Shown: one piece after another, positions 1-13,900 of the stretch | How the letters are laid out: every line of letters begins with the position of its first letter | How positions within the stretch are numbered: the first letter of the stretch is position 1 | Assembly (NCBI GenBank): GCA_030704615.1 | Contig: CM060731.1 | Span: 39,804,001 to 39,868,000 of the forward strand | Source of the DNA: Takakia lepidozioides | Lineage: Eukaryota > Plantae > Bryophyta | Reading direction: 5' to 3' | Length of the DNA stretch: 64,000 nt | Made by a program: the position numbers and the translations under genes | The notes under the pieces: model-generated | Seen by the model: only the letters and a program-made list of their open reading frames with translations | What the model was told of the DNA's origin: nothing | The model's database searches: none

Positions 1-1693
1 TATTGTTTTGGCTACAAAACATTGGAAGTACTATCTTGGAGATAAAGAGTTCATAGTGGAGACAGACCATAAACTGTTCGTGTACTTGGAGACACAGAAA
101 GATCTATCGAAGAGACAGATTCGTTGGGCGGAGTGCGACAACAATTTAACATGAAGATCGTCTATGTGGAGGGAAAACGGCAATTGGCGGACAAGGATGG
201 CGCGCATGAACACATTGACAGAAATCAACATTCAACCCGATTGGTGGAATAAGATAGCGACGGCTTCTAAAGATGATGATGAGATCGTGGACGCTAAGAA
301 GAAGGGCAAAGTGACAGAAGTTCGAGGGTGTGTATTCAAGGAAGATAAACTTTGGATCCCTGATGAACCTGCATTGAAGACAGAAGTCTTGTTTGAAGCT
401 CATGATACGGCGATAGTAGGACATGTTGGAGTTGAAAAAACATTCGAACAACTAAAACGAACATTTTATTGGCCGCGGATGCGAGACGAGGTGGAGGCGT
501 AGGTTTGAAATTGCATGAAATGTCAACAAAACAAGTCAACAAACCGCAGGCCAGCAGGTCTTTTACAACCACTACCAGTACCAAACCGACGTTGGAAACA
601 TATGAGCATGGATTTAGTTTGTGAGTTACCTCAAACCTCATCGGGATACGACACTATAATGGTCTTTGTAGACAAATTGAGTAAGATGATACACATCCGT
701 CCCACTAGAAAATCCGTCACTGCACCTGAACTAGCTCGATTATATTTGGAAGCGGTCTATTCTCATCATGGGCTATCTAAAGTTCTCATTACTGACATAG
801 GTACCCAATTTACGAGCTTGTTTTGGAAAAGCTTATTTGGTCTTTTTAAAATCAAATTAGCTATATCAACAGCTTATCATCCGGAGTCAGATGGACAGAC
901 AGAGCGAGTGAATCGTACAATTGAAGACATGTTGCGGGCCTTTACGTTAGAAGCACAAGAAGAGTGAGATTGGTTATTACCATTGGTAGAATTTTCATAC
1001 AATAACTCAGTCAACGCGTAAACGAAAGAAACTTCTTTCTTTTTGATGTATGGTGAACACCCAAATATGCCAACAACTCTTACAAAGTTCAAGTTACCAA
1101 ATGAGGCGTTATCCAAGGTAGCCGCAACTAACACATTTGTGCAACAAATTCGACGGGGAGTACGCCAAGCTAAAGAGAAGCTGATGGTTGGCCAAAATCG
1201 CCAAAAGCAGTATGCAAATGTACGTCGACGGGATAAGGAGTTTGCAGTTGGGGATCAAGTGTGGTTGTCTACAACCAATTTACACATCATTGGATCGCGA
1301 AAACTAGGGGCACGGTTCATTGGTCCTTTTTCGATCATTAAACGTATTGGAGCAGTAGCATACAAACTGGAGTTACCACCACATATGAAGATCCACCCGG
1401 TGTTTCACGTTTCTCTACTACGTCGTTACAAACCTCGACCATCAATATTCAAAGATAATCAAGAACCACAACCTTTACCAGAGTTGATAGACGGAAATGA
1501 AGAGTGGGAGGTCGACCGTGTTCTGAAAAAATGCACATACAAACGAGGGCGACATGAGGTGTTGGAGTATTTGGTTTTATGGAAAGGATTTCCATTATAT
1601 GAAGCTATCTGGGAACCGGTGCAAAATCTCGCAAATGCTCAATTGGCAATTCAAGCTTTTGAAAATTCAAACAACGAAGACGTTGCTTTTTGA
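1..1693 (+). pseudogene. pol: pol C-terminus: RNase H end, integrase (HHCC, DDE, GPF) and chromodomain; disrupted
   Basis: HDTAIVGHVG..FYWP..CQQNK; SMDLV..ITDIG..YHPESDGQTERVNR; GPFSII..YKLELP..IHPVFHVSLL; chromodomain EWEVDRVL..EYLVLWKGFPLYEAIWEP. In-frame stops at about 500, 965 and 1019. Confidence 0.92.
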
Positions 1694-1706
1694 AAGAGAA
1701 AATGAT

Positions 1707-2080
1707 TGTAACAGGGTAGAATCTAGAAGGTTCTAGATGGAGGAGGAAAGTTCCCTAGAAGTTTCCAAAATAACTAGGAAGGTTCCTAGGAATTTGACTT
1801 AAGGAAGTTTGACTTGAGGCTCTCAAGTCAAACCTATAAGATATTTATATTATGGAGAGTAAGTCAAATGTTTGATAAAGTCATATTGTGGAGAATATGT
1901 CAAACTTAGGAAAGTTGACTTTAGGAGGTTTTGACTTGAGGCTCTCAAGTCAAACCTTTAAAATAATCATATTGTGAAGGGTATATAAACATGCAATGAA
2001 AGCCTAGAAGGCATCGAGTTGTTTTGGGAAAAACTTGAGAAGTACTTCTATTCTCGTTTGTGTAGATCATGGGTGTTACA
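1707..2080 (+). repeat. 3' LTR (374 bp) of the left chromovirus
   Basis: Starts TGTAACA right after the purine tract GAAAGAGAAAATGAT; ends TGTTACA; TATATAAA at about 1982. Confidence 0.85.
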
Positions 2081-3123
2081 ACTGACCATTAAGGGCAGGC
2101 ATGTAAGAAATAGTAATAAACAAAGACTTGGAAGGCAATTACGATTAAAGACGTAGAAAACCCATAAACAACGCGCGCAACCAGGGCTCGTCAGTGCGTT
2201 GCCCTCTCAGTAGTGTTTGCACATATTGAGTATGTGTATGCGGGGCAGTCTGCTGGGAGTGGTCCAGCCTATTACCCGGGACGGTCTGGTGCACATGCTC
2301 AGTCTCCAGCACTTAGGCAGTCTGCCCACATGTGTCGTGGGGAATATGTTGTTGGACATTCTCGTGGCCAGTCTGCTGGACAGTCTCCCGAATTCTTTGT
2401 AAAGCCAAAACAACGTCCCTTGCACCTCTGGCAAAAGAGTCGAAAACAACCTGCACTTGCACATGTTTATACAAATGTGAACTTCTAAAAAAGATGGCAA
2501 AAAGATGAGCTGAAACACGAAAGATGCCCAGAACGTTTTACTTTCCAAGAGATTTCCAACGAGGCCAATGTCCTTGATTTTCCGGCACAAACATGCTCCA
2601 TCGAGATGAACAATGGCGCCGATGCGGTCTTCAATGGGGGTCCCACACCACAGGACTTTGAAGACATTGGGATTCTGCAAAACAATGTCGAATACTGCTC
2701 ACTCCATCACCAATGCAAACCACTGCAACACGTCATCCACCACAAACTTCTGTGAATGGTCTGTTCCATGGAGCAAGTCCATCCTCAAACTATGCAGATC
2801 TTTCATCAACTTGTTGTACGATCGGAAATTGCCAAATTGCATCCATCTGTGTTGTAGGAATGAAGCTGCCATGCGCTCAAAGTCCTCCTCAGTCAATCCG
2901 AACAAATGCTTTCTTCGCACCCCAAAAGTTGGATGTGCCATATGCATATGTCTGAGGTCTTCAGGCCGTGGGTCATCCATGAGAATCAGCTGCACAAGTA
3001 GAGGCGGCGCATTTTGGACGGTTGTGGCTTCAATGGCAACAGCAGAGGTGGCTTCCAGAACATGGTTGGCTTCCTCAATAGAAACTCCATGGAATAATGA
3101 AAGGGTACAAATGACCACCGGCG

Positions 3124-4149
3124 TGTCGCGCGGCTTTTACTCACCCATCCCTTCGCTATCCGAGGCGGAAACTCCAAGATAGAAGAGTTGGAAATCTCTA
3201 AGTACTCAGCCCGCGCAGAACAATCAGTCATGACCTACAGCTAGTGTATCATGGGGGTGTTTCCTATTTGTTTCCTTTTCCGCATTCATCTTAGCTACCT
3301 TACCATTGATAATTAAGTATCAGTTTGCTTCATCAATTTATCGGCTTCCTTCACTCCTCCATTCAATCCACAGCTTCACTCAGATCTCTCTACACAGTGT
3401 GATTGTATCGTATAAGTATCAGATTATGATTTATCAGGTATCAGGCCGAAGCCATTGTGTCTCTATTCTCCTCTACAATATCCCTACAGCTTTGCATATA
3501 ACAAGCATCTATTAATCCTCTTTCCTCCTTCATCGTGCTCACCGACTTCCGCTCCCGCCTGACTCCGAAGTCCTCCCCGAATAATGATAATAATGATCCT
3601 CTCCGAATAATGATAATAATCATCATTCCCCGTTCTTCCCTTTATCCTCCTATCCGCGGTTCTAACCGTTTCCCTCTCTAACCGTCGTATGTGAACTAAC
3701 ATGTTCCCTTCACTGGTGTTGTTCCCCACAGTCGTTCCCTGTCCTACTCTTCGTTCCCTATTATCGTGACAGCTGTGTCAAGCGGTGACTGGCTGTGACT
3801 GGCTGTGTGGCTGTGCCGGGCTGTGACTGGCTGTGTGGGCTGTGTCTGCTGTGACGACTGTGACGGGCTGTGTGGGCTGTGTGGGCTGTGACGACTGTGA
3901 CGGCTGTGTGGGCTGTGACTGCTGTGTCGGCTGTGTGGGCTGTGACGACTGTGACGGGCTGTGTTGGCTGTGTGGGCTGTGACGGCTGTGTGGGCTGTGA
4001 CTGCTGTGTCGGCTGTGTGGGCTATGTAACCCCCCTCTACAGTGCGCTGCTGTCACCCCTAAGGTTTCTGTTTGTCTCAGTCTGTGCAAAAATTAAGGGT
4101 ACCCTACAGATCCCGTATAAGTGTCTAAGTCCCCTACAGTCCTCTAACA
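3124..4149 (-). repeat. 3' LTR (1026 bp) with internal GGCTGTG/CACAGCC tandem array (about 3770-4025)
   Basis: Matches 15390-16383; adjacent to the PPT. Confidence 0.95.
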
Positions 4150-4170
4150 TTACCCCTTCCCCCCTCAAAA
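4150..4170 (-). other. Polypurine tract
   Basis: Minus strand reads TTTTGAGGGGGGAAGGGGTAA immediately before the LTR start TGTTAGAGG. Confidence 0.9.
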
Positions 4171-4187
4171 AGTCGTGTCCTCACGGT

Positions 4188-7100
4188 TTACTGTTTCCGA
4201 GTAGCAAACCTTTGTGAGTGAGCACCTTGTTGACGTTGAGAGTTTCGTGGTGGGCTGTGTGTACGAGCCCGAGGTCTGTCTCTGGTTGATGGAGATGGTT
4301 GATCACTACCTGGATAAGTGAGGCCTTCTGGAGGCTGATATCGAGGTAATCTTTCCGGCATAGGAGATCCCCTTTGTTTCTTCTCTTCCATCTGAATTGC
4401 ATAGTCTTCTCCCATGTCAAAAGAATTCTGTGAAGAAACAGTTGTATCAGAATCCTCATCGCCTCTCAGGTGTTTTAATTTTCGAACTTTTTGTGGAATC
4501 ATCTGGGGCATACAATGCTGTCCTACCATGTCTGGAAGTTTGCATTTTACAACCTGGTGTAACCGTTGAACAGCAAAATTGGTGTAGACACTGAGCTCCT
4601 TGTCTGTCCAGATGAGTGGGGTACCAATTACTGGTGCAGCGTGCAAGTATTTCCATGCGATATGTCCCTTATAGAAAATGTCATCAAGTCCGAATTTCTG
4701 TGTTGACAAATTGTTGCAGGCTGCTTGAAACCATGAACGAATTTGAGAATCCTTCTATATCATAACTTTTGGGTCATATAGGTACATATGAGGTGGCACC
4801 GAAGGTAATACCCAATGATCTCCACTGGAGTAACTTTGAAAGCGTGCTTGCATCTTTTGTTGCTCTATGTGGTAACGTATCAGAAAACAAGCAGCGTAGT
4901 ATAGCCCGCACCCCATGACAATACTTGCTATCTCCTTGGTCTTGGTATAAATGAGTCCATGTACAACCTGGAAAGCAACCAATTCCCTCAACATAGTACC
5001 TGCCTCGTGCCAGTATTGTGCAAAGTGATGATCTTCAATATGTCGATTGTTTGGAAGAACTTTAGTCCTGGTTGCCACTGGCAGCCAAATACGCATGATT
5101 TGGTAGTAATGTGCGAATGACTGCGGAGGACTAAATTCTTTCCAAGCCAAATCCAACATGATGGGAATTTGGTTGAAGGGCATAATCATAGCCCTACTGT
5201 ACTCCCTGGCAGCTGGAGTTTTAGGTGGGTTAAAAGCTGCATTGCCCCATACCTCCGGCTGTGGTGGCTGTGGTGTGGTTGTAGTAACCACAGGTTCAGC
5301 TACTGGTACACTGACCTGTTGTGGTGGTGGTGGTACTAGTTCATGTACCATTGGCATCTCCTGCACCTCCTGTGAAGACTGAAAAGCCAGAGTTCTGGCT
5401 TGCAAATAAGAAGCCATTAGCTGTTCCTGAGGGATATAGACTCTTTGGTCGATGTTTGAAGTGAGGTCTTCCACTTGAGTCTGGAGTCCGTCTACATCCT
5501 CTTGTAACTCTGCTATCCTACTATAGACATTGTCTATAGTAGTTGTGGCAATGTTCTGCACCTGCAGTCTGAGCTCATTCATCTCGCTTTGGGTGAGCTT
5601 CCGTGGGGCTTTGCCTTCTACTGGCCCTTGTGCTAACCAGACCTGCATAAGGCTGTTATCCACCAAGCTGCTTGTGGTTCCCCTGAGAGTTTGCTCCTCT
5701 CTTAGCTTATACAATTCCAACTGTTGTTGTAAAGCCTTCATGCGCTTCGCCTGTGGCTCAACCAATTGCGCATAGGCAGCAAGTAGATTATTGGCTTCTT
5801 TCGAAGCCTTGTTACTGACCGCGATTTCATTTCTATTGGCCACGATGGTTTGTTGCAACTCCACGATGTATTTCTCATTCTCAGCTTCCATCTGCCTGTA
5901 TTGCTTGAAAGTATCTTCATTGCGACAGATTGTATTATTCATATCGACAATGAGCTTCATTTGCTCAACATTCTCTTCTTCTGCCTTTGTACATTTTTCC
6001 GCTTGACTGTTTATTTCTTTTGTAGATTGGTCAAGCATAGTTGTGAATGTAGCACATTGTATCGCCATCCTATCATGCACTGTCTGCAACTCCGTATGTA
6101 GTGCATTCACTTCTTGCAACTTGCTTTCATGCTGCACCTGCATTTGGTATAGCTGTTGCTTATGTGCTTCGTGCAACTGGTCTTGCGCGAGGCCTGCCTC
6201 AATCAATTGTTGCTTGGCCAATTGCAAAGCCATTTCTGTATTGGCCAAGTCCTGCTTCATCTTGAGAGTGACCTCTTCATCGACCTTGTTTGCACACTCA
6301 GTGGCAAGTCGAGCCTCAAACTCCTTCCTGAGTTCTTCTTTCAAGGCTGTCAATTGGGTAATTGGAACATGGGTTTTGACATAAGTCCCCAACAAATTAA
6401 GTGTCCTGCCTATGGAACTCATCAGCATTGCCTGTTGAGGGTCATCATGGTGAGGTTGCTGCTGTTCCTCCCGATCTTCAACAGTATGATGTCTCACTAA
6501 CCATTCAGACCATTGTCCCACCGGATTTTCTTCCTGAACTACTTCATTTATGACCGGTGCTACAGTGTCATGGCCTTCCGCCTGTGGTACCTCCGACACA
6601 GGTGTGTGCATTATATGTACCTCAGGATTTCTCTTGGGCAACTGTTGCACCTCTGGGATTTCTGTCTGCTTGACCAGACCAGAATATTCATAGAGAAGGT
6701 CCCCTTTCTCTATTTCTGCCACTATCTGTTCTGTAGTTGGAATATCTATCCCTTCACTTTCCAAATCAATTATTTCGGGTTGAGCTGCATGGATAACTTG
6801 TGACCTTGTGACAAGTCGTTCAAGTGGCTGTGTTGGTTGTGATGCAGAAGTAACTTCTTCCTCCCTCTCTGAAGGTCCTGCTTCCGGTTTTAACATTCTT
6901 TTGTGCTGCTGTGCCCCTTCCTGGTCATGAGCTTGGGAAACATTATCATGCGGAATCCGTGAAGCCAGTGGATCCGCCACTACAGTCTTTCCCCTTCTCT
7001 GCCTCTTAGTCTCGGGTTGTGCTGCTAATCCACCCTCACTGTGTGAAGAGCCTTGCTCTTCCATTGCAGTTGTTTCTGGCTCAAACACTCCCATTTCCTT

Positions 7101-7739
7101 CCTTTCTTGTGCATTAAGTATGCCAGAACTAAGGATTATTTGAGCAATGATTGGGCCAGACACTATGATAGGAGATTTTGCGGTAGTACCTTGTAATCTT
7201 TTCATCTCATCTACCAGTGCGTTGTACATTATGTCCGCCCATGGTACCTCTTGTCCCTTCAAGCCTTTGAGGATTTCCTCTGTGAAGGATCTGCTCAAAT
7301 ATTGTTGGTTCTGTTTCAGGGCAATCAGAACGTTCAATACTTGGCCTATGTCTTTTAACCCTGGGTACACAGCTTTGGTACAAGCATAACCCTGAGTTTT
7401 AAAGAAACTCCCTTCTTGGAATAAATCCCCTATTTGCAGTCTTTCCCTGTGTTCCTCCACATACACATGACCTGCTGGCAATCGAAACAATTGCTGGAGG
7501 TATAGGGGAGTAATCATTAATTCAACTCCCTTCACAGTTGTTGTTCCTGTCTTTGGCTCAAAGTTCTGCAAAAATTGTAACATGTACTGTCTATGGTGTA
7601 GTGTCCAATCCATGCTTTGCAATCCTTCCAATCTCAGCTCCTTCAGTATCTTTATCGCCTGTGGGGTAGCCATCGTTTGTTTCTGCAGAATTGTGGTGCT
7701 CTTCACCCTGATTTCCTCCATTCCTCTCACTCTCTTCAT
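4188..7739 (-). CDS. Extra 3' ORF (env-like position), about 1180 aa, with one in-frame TAG at 4755-4757
   Basis: ORFs 4755-7862 and 4188-4709 share a frame; first ATG at 7739. N-terminal FLQNF..TVKGVELMITPLYLQQLFRLP resembles plant TE ATHILA/Transposase_32-type ORFs; long E/Q/L/K heptad region follows. Confidence 0.75.
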
Positions 7740-7942
7740 CTTAGACTCACAGAACTGCTTTGGCTGTAACAACTGCAGGAATGCCTGTAGTGCACAAAGC
7801 AGAAATGTATGGTTGCCGCAGAAAGCTATGGGTAATCTCTTGTAAGCCTGCGGGGCTTGCAAGCATTGTTCAAGAGAAAAGCTCTGCTCTTTCGTTTCGT
7901 GTCTCTGCCATTGCGTAAGTAATATTGCGAGCGTATAGTCTG

Positions 7943-10900
7943 TTAGTTCTCCATAGTTTCCAAGTTATAGCATTTATGGCCTGTCCTGTCGAGACGCCCG
8001 TTACTCAGAACGACGCCGCCTCTTGCGCTCAATTTCCGTCCATTTTCTTGATCATTTCTCTGGTTTTCTATTGGCTGTATCCGCTGTGACTGGATTTTAA
8101 CTTTTATCTTCTTTAGTGGACTTTCCCTGTTGGATAGTCCACTAGGATCATACATGCGACATGAATTCAGTTTTTTTGTACTTGCCGTTCGTTCTGTTTC
8201 CCTTTTTCCGTATTCATTAATGGGCCCGCCTTTCATCCCTTTTGACGGCCGTTCTTGTCCTCTTTCTTTTTGACACCTGTCCTTGCACTTCATTCTCTGC
8301 TGTGTGTCGCACCCTGACCTCCACGTGTCTATTTTTAAATTAATTTCCGTTTCTTCTTCCTTCAGCCATTTTCCTGAAGTTTTTATGTGTCCACTTGTCA
8401 CTGATTCTATGGATCGTGTAACTTTAGTAGGCTGTGTTGAGCTGTGACAGGCTGTGTCATACTGTGTTACGCTGTGATAGGCTGTGTTGCACTGTGGTAA
8501 GCTGTGATAGGCTGTGACACGCTGCGGTAGGTTGTGATAGGTTGTGTCACGCCGTGACGGGCTGTGATAGGCTGTGTCACGCCGTGATGGGCTGTGATAG
8601 GCTGTGTCACGCCGTGATGGGCTGTGATAGGCTGTGTCACGTTTGTTTTGCCCACCCCGGTCATATATACTGGGCCTAGCGACAAGTGTTCCATACTCCG
8701 TTCGTAACACTGGTGCAGCCCGTGACTGCTCTTGCGGTTCAACATGCAAATCATGCTGCAGGGGTTTGTCATGGATACCACTGTACCCCTTCAACTTATT
8801 TGCATTGACTCTTCCCAGCATTTCTTTGTTAATGGTTTGTAACATGGCTGTGTTGTTATCATACATCTTTTGTATGACATAAGGTCCTTTCCATGGTGAT
8901 TTAAGCTTAGAAGCTTGAATCTTTCCTTTCTTCTGCAACCATAGAACCAAATCCCCCGTCTTAAAAGTCTTTAACTTGCCTTCATCAAACTGTTCCTTTC
9001 TCTTCATCTGAATTCTGGTCATATTATCAGCTGCATCAGCACGTACTTCTTCCACATGGTATAATTCATGTTTCCTGACCTTGATGGAGTCTTGCAATTC
9101 CATTCTTTTTCCCCACTCCGTTCTCATGGTAGGTAACAGAAATTCTACTGGAAGTAAGGCTTCCATACCATAAACTAATTGGAATGGTGTATACTTAGTG
9201 GTGACTTTATATGAAGTCCTGTATGACCACAAAGCTGTCAGCAGCTTTGTATCCCAATCCGTTCTGTTTGCATTGACTATCTTAGCCAAGATAGTACATA
9301 GTATTTTGTTGGTAGCCTCTGCCTGTCCATTACCCTGTGGGTAATATGTTGTACTCTTTCTATGCACAATCATAAACTCTTTAGTCAATAACTCAATGGT
9401 CTCATTCATGAAGTGACTTCCTTGATCACTGATAAATTCTAAGGGACATCCAAATCGTGTAAGTATGTTCTCGTACAGGAACCTTGCTGTGGACTTGGCT
9501 GTGTTGTCCCTCAAAGCTTTAGCTTCCACCCACTTTGTAGTATAATCAGTGGCTGTAATTATGTACCTGTTTTGTGTATTCTTGGATGGTGGATTAATTG
9601 GTCCAACAAAGTCTAGTCCCCATTTCTGAAATGGTTCCGTAGGCATTGTAGGATGCAAGGCCATTCTTCCAGATCTCTGCAAAGGTCCTAGCCTCTGACA
9701 TTCATCACACTTCTGACAATACTCATGTACATCTTTGAACAAAGTAGGCCACCAGTATCCTGCGAGTAGTATCTTTCTACTGGTAGTCTTTTCTCCAAAA
9801 TGACCTCCAGCCACTCCTTTATGAACTTCCTCCAAGACTTTATTTACTTCATGGTGGTACAAGCATCGTTTTAGTACCCCATCTGGTCCTAACTTATACA
9901 TTCTGCTTCCTACCATAGTATAAGGTAAAGCTTTGATAGCGATTCTCTTCCTCTGCTCCTTACCATAACTAGGTGGGCACTGACCATGAGCAAGGTAGTA
10001 TCTGATTGGCCACTGCCAATCTAACCATTCATCTGCACTTCCTTGCACCTCCATTACAAATAAACTCGCATCAGGTAACTGATCGTCCACTCCTGTGGCG
10101 GCCTCTCCTGTTGTTAGTCGTGACAAATGATCTGCCACAAGATGCAAACGGCCAGGCTTGTAAATAACCTCGAACTCAAACTCATGCAAGATTATTAACC
10201 ACCTCGCTATCCTTCCACTTATCAAAGGTTTGTTCACCAGATATATCAGAGCCTGGTGATCCACATAAAACATAAACTTTCTTCCCAATAGGTAATGCCT
10301 GAATTTCTTCACTGCATAGATCATTGCCAATGCTTCTCTTTCCGTTGTGCTATAGTTCCTCTCAGCACTGTTCATCAACCGGCTAGCATAGTACACAGGT
10401 GAATCTATATTCCCTGTAACATTCTGGGCTAACACCGCTCCCAACGCTTCTCCTGATGCATCGCAGTGAACATGAAATACTACATGCCAGTGAGGGTTAA
10501 TCAGCACAGGTGTAGTTGTTACTGACAGTGTAAGTTCCTCAAACGCCTGTTGACATTCAGCTGTCCATGCAAACACTGCATCTTTCTTCAGAAGCTTGCT
10601 CAATGGTGCTGCTATTTGTGCATACCTTTTGACAAATCTTCTGTAATAACTGGTTTGCCCAAGGAATCTCCTTAAACTCTTAACATTCACTGGTGGTGGA
10701 GAGACTTTAATGGACTCTGTCTTCCTGGGATCCACAAGGAGTCCCTTCTTACACACAATGTGTCCCAGAAGCACCCCTGAGTTCACACAGAAAGTACACT
10801 TCTCTGGGTTCAAGCCCAGACCTCTCATCCTGCATCTGGCCAGGCATAACTCCAATTTATGCAAGTGCTCATTCTTAGAGCTGTACACACTGAAATCATC

Positions 10901-13900
10901 CAAAAACACCTGCATGAAATCATCCAGATACTCTTGAAAAGATTCACTTATCACTCTCTGAAAGGTCGCTGGTGCATTACAAAGTCCAAAGGGCATGACT
11001 TTGTATGCATAAGCCCCCCAGTCTGTGATGAAAGCTGTTTTCCCTTGGTCTTCTTCTGCCACTTGCACTTGATTATAACCACTGAAGCCATCCATGAATG
11101 AGTACATCTCATGGCCTGCCACAGTGTCTAATACTGCTTCTGTGAATGGCAAAGGGAAAGGATCTTTCTTCGTACAAGCATTCAGCTTCTTATAGTTCAC
11201 ACATACTCTTAGTTTGCCATTCTTCTTGGGAACTATAACAATGGGTGACAACCAAGTTGTATACTCTATTGGGTATATAAACTTAGCCTCAGCCAACTTC
11301 TTTATCTCTTCTCCAACCTTCTGTGCGTAGTTGGGATTCATTCTATACCTCGCCTGCTTGATTGGTACTGACCCTGGTTCCAGTTCAATTTTATGCTGAC
11401 AGACTTCAGGTGGTATCCCTTTTAGATCCTCATAGCTCCAAGCAAATACATCTCTGTATTTGATGAACAAGCTTTTAGCTTCTTCGAAGAACTCGGCTCC
11501 AAATCAGCTCCTACTTTCACCATTCTCGGTTCCTCCTGAGTTCCCACATTTACTTCTCTCACCTGCTCATCAGCTGTGATTGTCCAACCAGTCACCACTT
11601 CATCCTGTAAGCTCACAGTGGCTGGTTCTTCTAGGATTTCTATTTCTCCTTCTCTTTCTTCATAGAAATGTGATGGGTAAATGCTGGTTTCTTCTTCAGT
11701 TGGTGTTGCTGTCACTACACCACAGCAGATACCTCTCAAACAACTTAGGCTTTCCAGCCGCATCTCTGCAACCTGCTCCCATTCTGGGTGTGCAGCAAAT
11801 AGGGTAGCTTCCTGCTCCTCATCCAGTCCTCCCCTCCAGTCATACTCTCTGACTCCTCGAGGTCTTCTTGTAGCAGGTAATCTACTAGATTTCTTTGTGG
11901 TAATTTGTATCTCGTGCATCCCATTATGCACAGTTAGTAACTGAGAATTCCAGTCATGGAATACCCTGGCCTGTTTCAGCCACGGACGTCCCAATAATAA
12001 GGAGTAAGCCTCCATGACTTCATCCATTTTTAATACAGTTACTGTGATCATAAAGATCATTTTCTGTATCTGTATCTTAACTCCTCTTATTAATCCCAAT
12101 GGCTGTACACTTCTTTGATCTGCCATTGTTACTGTAAATGGGGCTGGTTTCATGTTACTTAGACCAAGCTTCTTCCTTAATTGGTCTGTCATGATATTTA
12201 CTCCAGAACCACCATCTATCAGTACATCAGTTAGTTCTGTGCTTCCAATTCTCAATTGGATTACTGGCATAGAATCATCAAAGTCCATGACTGGTTCTCG
12301 CCCTTCCGGCTTCACATTATAACTGGTCACCTTGCTGTTCAGGTCTGTGTTTCCTGTCTCTTGGGCAATTCGATTGATTGCCTGATACAGCCTGTGCCTA
12401 CAATAAGGTGCCACAGCTAATAGCTGTCCAATGGTAATTTCTGCTTTGGTCTGACATATTACTTCAGCCAAAGTCTCTTCATTACTTTGCATGTCTGCAT
12501 CTTCTTTTTTCCTTTCTTCCTCACTCCCCTCTTTTTCTCCATCCGAATCAGAGGAATCTGCCACAGGAATATCAGTACTCTTTTGCATTTCCCTTATAGT
12601 ATCTGCCACTTCCTTGTGCAGTTCCTTCTCATCCTTCCAAGTCTCTTCATCTTCAGGCATATCATTGCCACTTCCAGTCTCATCTTCTTCCTCTTCTACT
12701 GGAGGTATTAGTTTGGCTTTACTTCTTGTTACTATCATTGTACTTACTTCTGGTACAACACATGGCCTAACCATGTGAGCTGCCACCACTGGGCCCTCAT
12801 TCACAGGAGCTCTCATCTCATTCTGGTGTCTTATCCAGAATGAACAGGCTGCCTTGCGATGTCCTGGCTGATTACAATAGTAACATAGCTCTTCACCATT
12901 GGGTCCTCGCCCTTGGTCTGGTCTTGGATTATTTCTATAATCCTGATTCCCGGGCTGGTAATTCCCCCTTGGATTACCCTGATAGTTGCCTCTGGAATTT
13001 CCTTGGTAATTCCCTCTTGAATTACCTCTCCCTTCCATGCCATTGTTATAACCACCAGACCTACCATAGTGGTCCTGATCATTATTTCTTCTTGGCTGGG
13101 GCTGCACCTGATGCACCCTTACTTGCCTAGGTTCTCTTGCAGCTGTCCTTCTGTTGTAGTAACAATTCTCAGTAGAATGGTTATCCATTTTACAGATAGT
13201 ACAGTGTTTCTCCTTCATGTGGCATTCTGTAGTGGTATGGCCTTCATTCTGGCACTTTGCACACCATACACCCTTCCTCCAATGTGTTGCAGCCTCTGTG
13301 GCATACTTCTTCAAGATTTCTTCCAATCTTTTCTCATAGTTATCCCTCTTCAACTTTTCCTTTCTCTTACTCTTTCTTTTAGTTCTTGCTCTTCTTCTTC
13401 ATCTGACTCATCTTCAGAGTCCTCATCTTCCTTTTCTCTCTCCTGAGCATTCCCAATTGCTCAATTCTGTTTGCAGTTTCAAATGCCTCCTCCACTGTAT
13501 TATGGGGTAACATATCCACTTTCTTCTGCAACTCTGGTCTTAGTCCACTCACAAACCAAGTCTTCTGTAAACCGGGTGCTGGTACTGCAGCCAGCTTTTT
13601 CATCATCAATTCCATCTTCTCCATATACTCTTCAACAGTTTCATGCTTCTTCTGCTTCAGCTGTTGTAAACTTCCATACACTTCATCCTCAGTTTTACTT
13701 GTCCTGAACCTATTTCGAAATGCTGTATTCAAGCCATTCCAGGTTAGGAAATGATTATCAGGGAATCTTGCATACCATTCACTTGCTTTCTTGATAAGTG
13801 AACAAGGAAACAGTCTCATCTTGGCATCATCGCCATTCTCATTGTTCACTATACACATGTGCTCAAATTGGCTAATGTGTACATCGGGATCCCCTTTTCC

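Larger units (their letters stand above)
1..2080 (+). mobile_element. 3' part of a Ty3/gypsy chromovirus LTR retrotransposon (Tcn1-like), running off the left edge
   Basis: RNase H end, integrase and chromodomain ORFs, then a purine tract and an LTR bounded by TGTAACA...TGTTACA. Confidence 0.92.

Noticed and set aside
3778-4217. His/Ser/Pro- or Cys/Val/Gly-rich ORFs (also 16021-16499)
   Set aside because: Translations of the GGCTGTG array in the LTRs.
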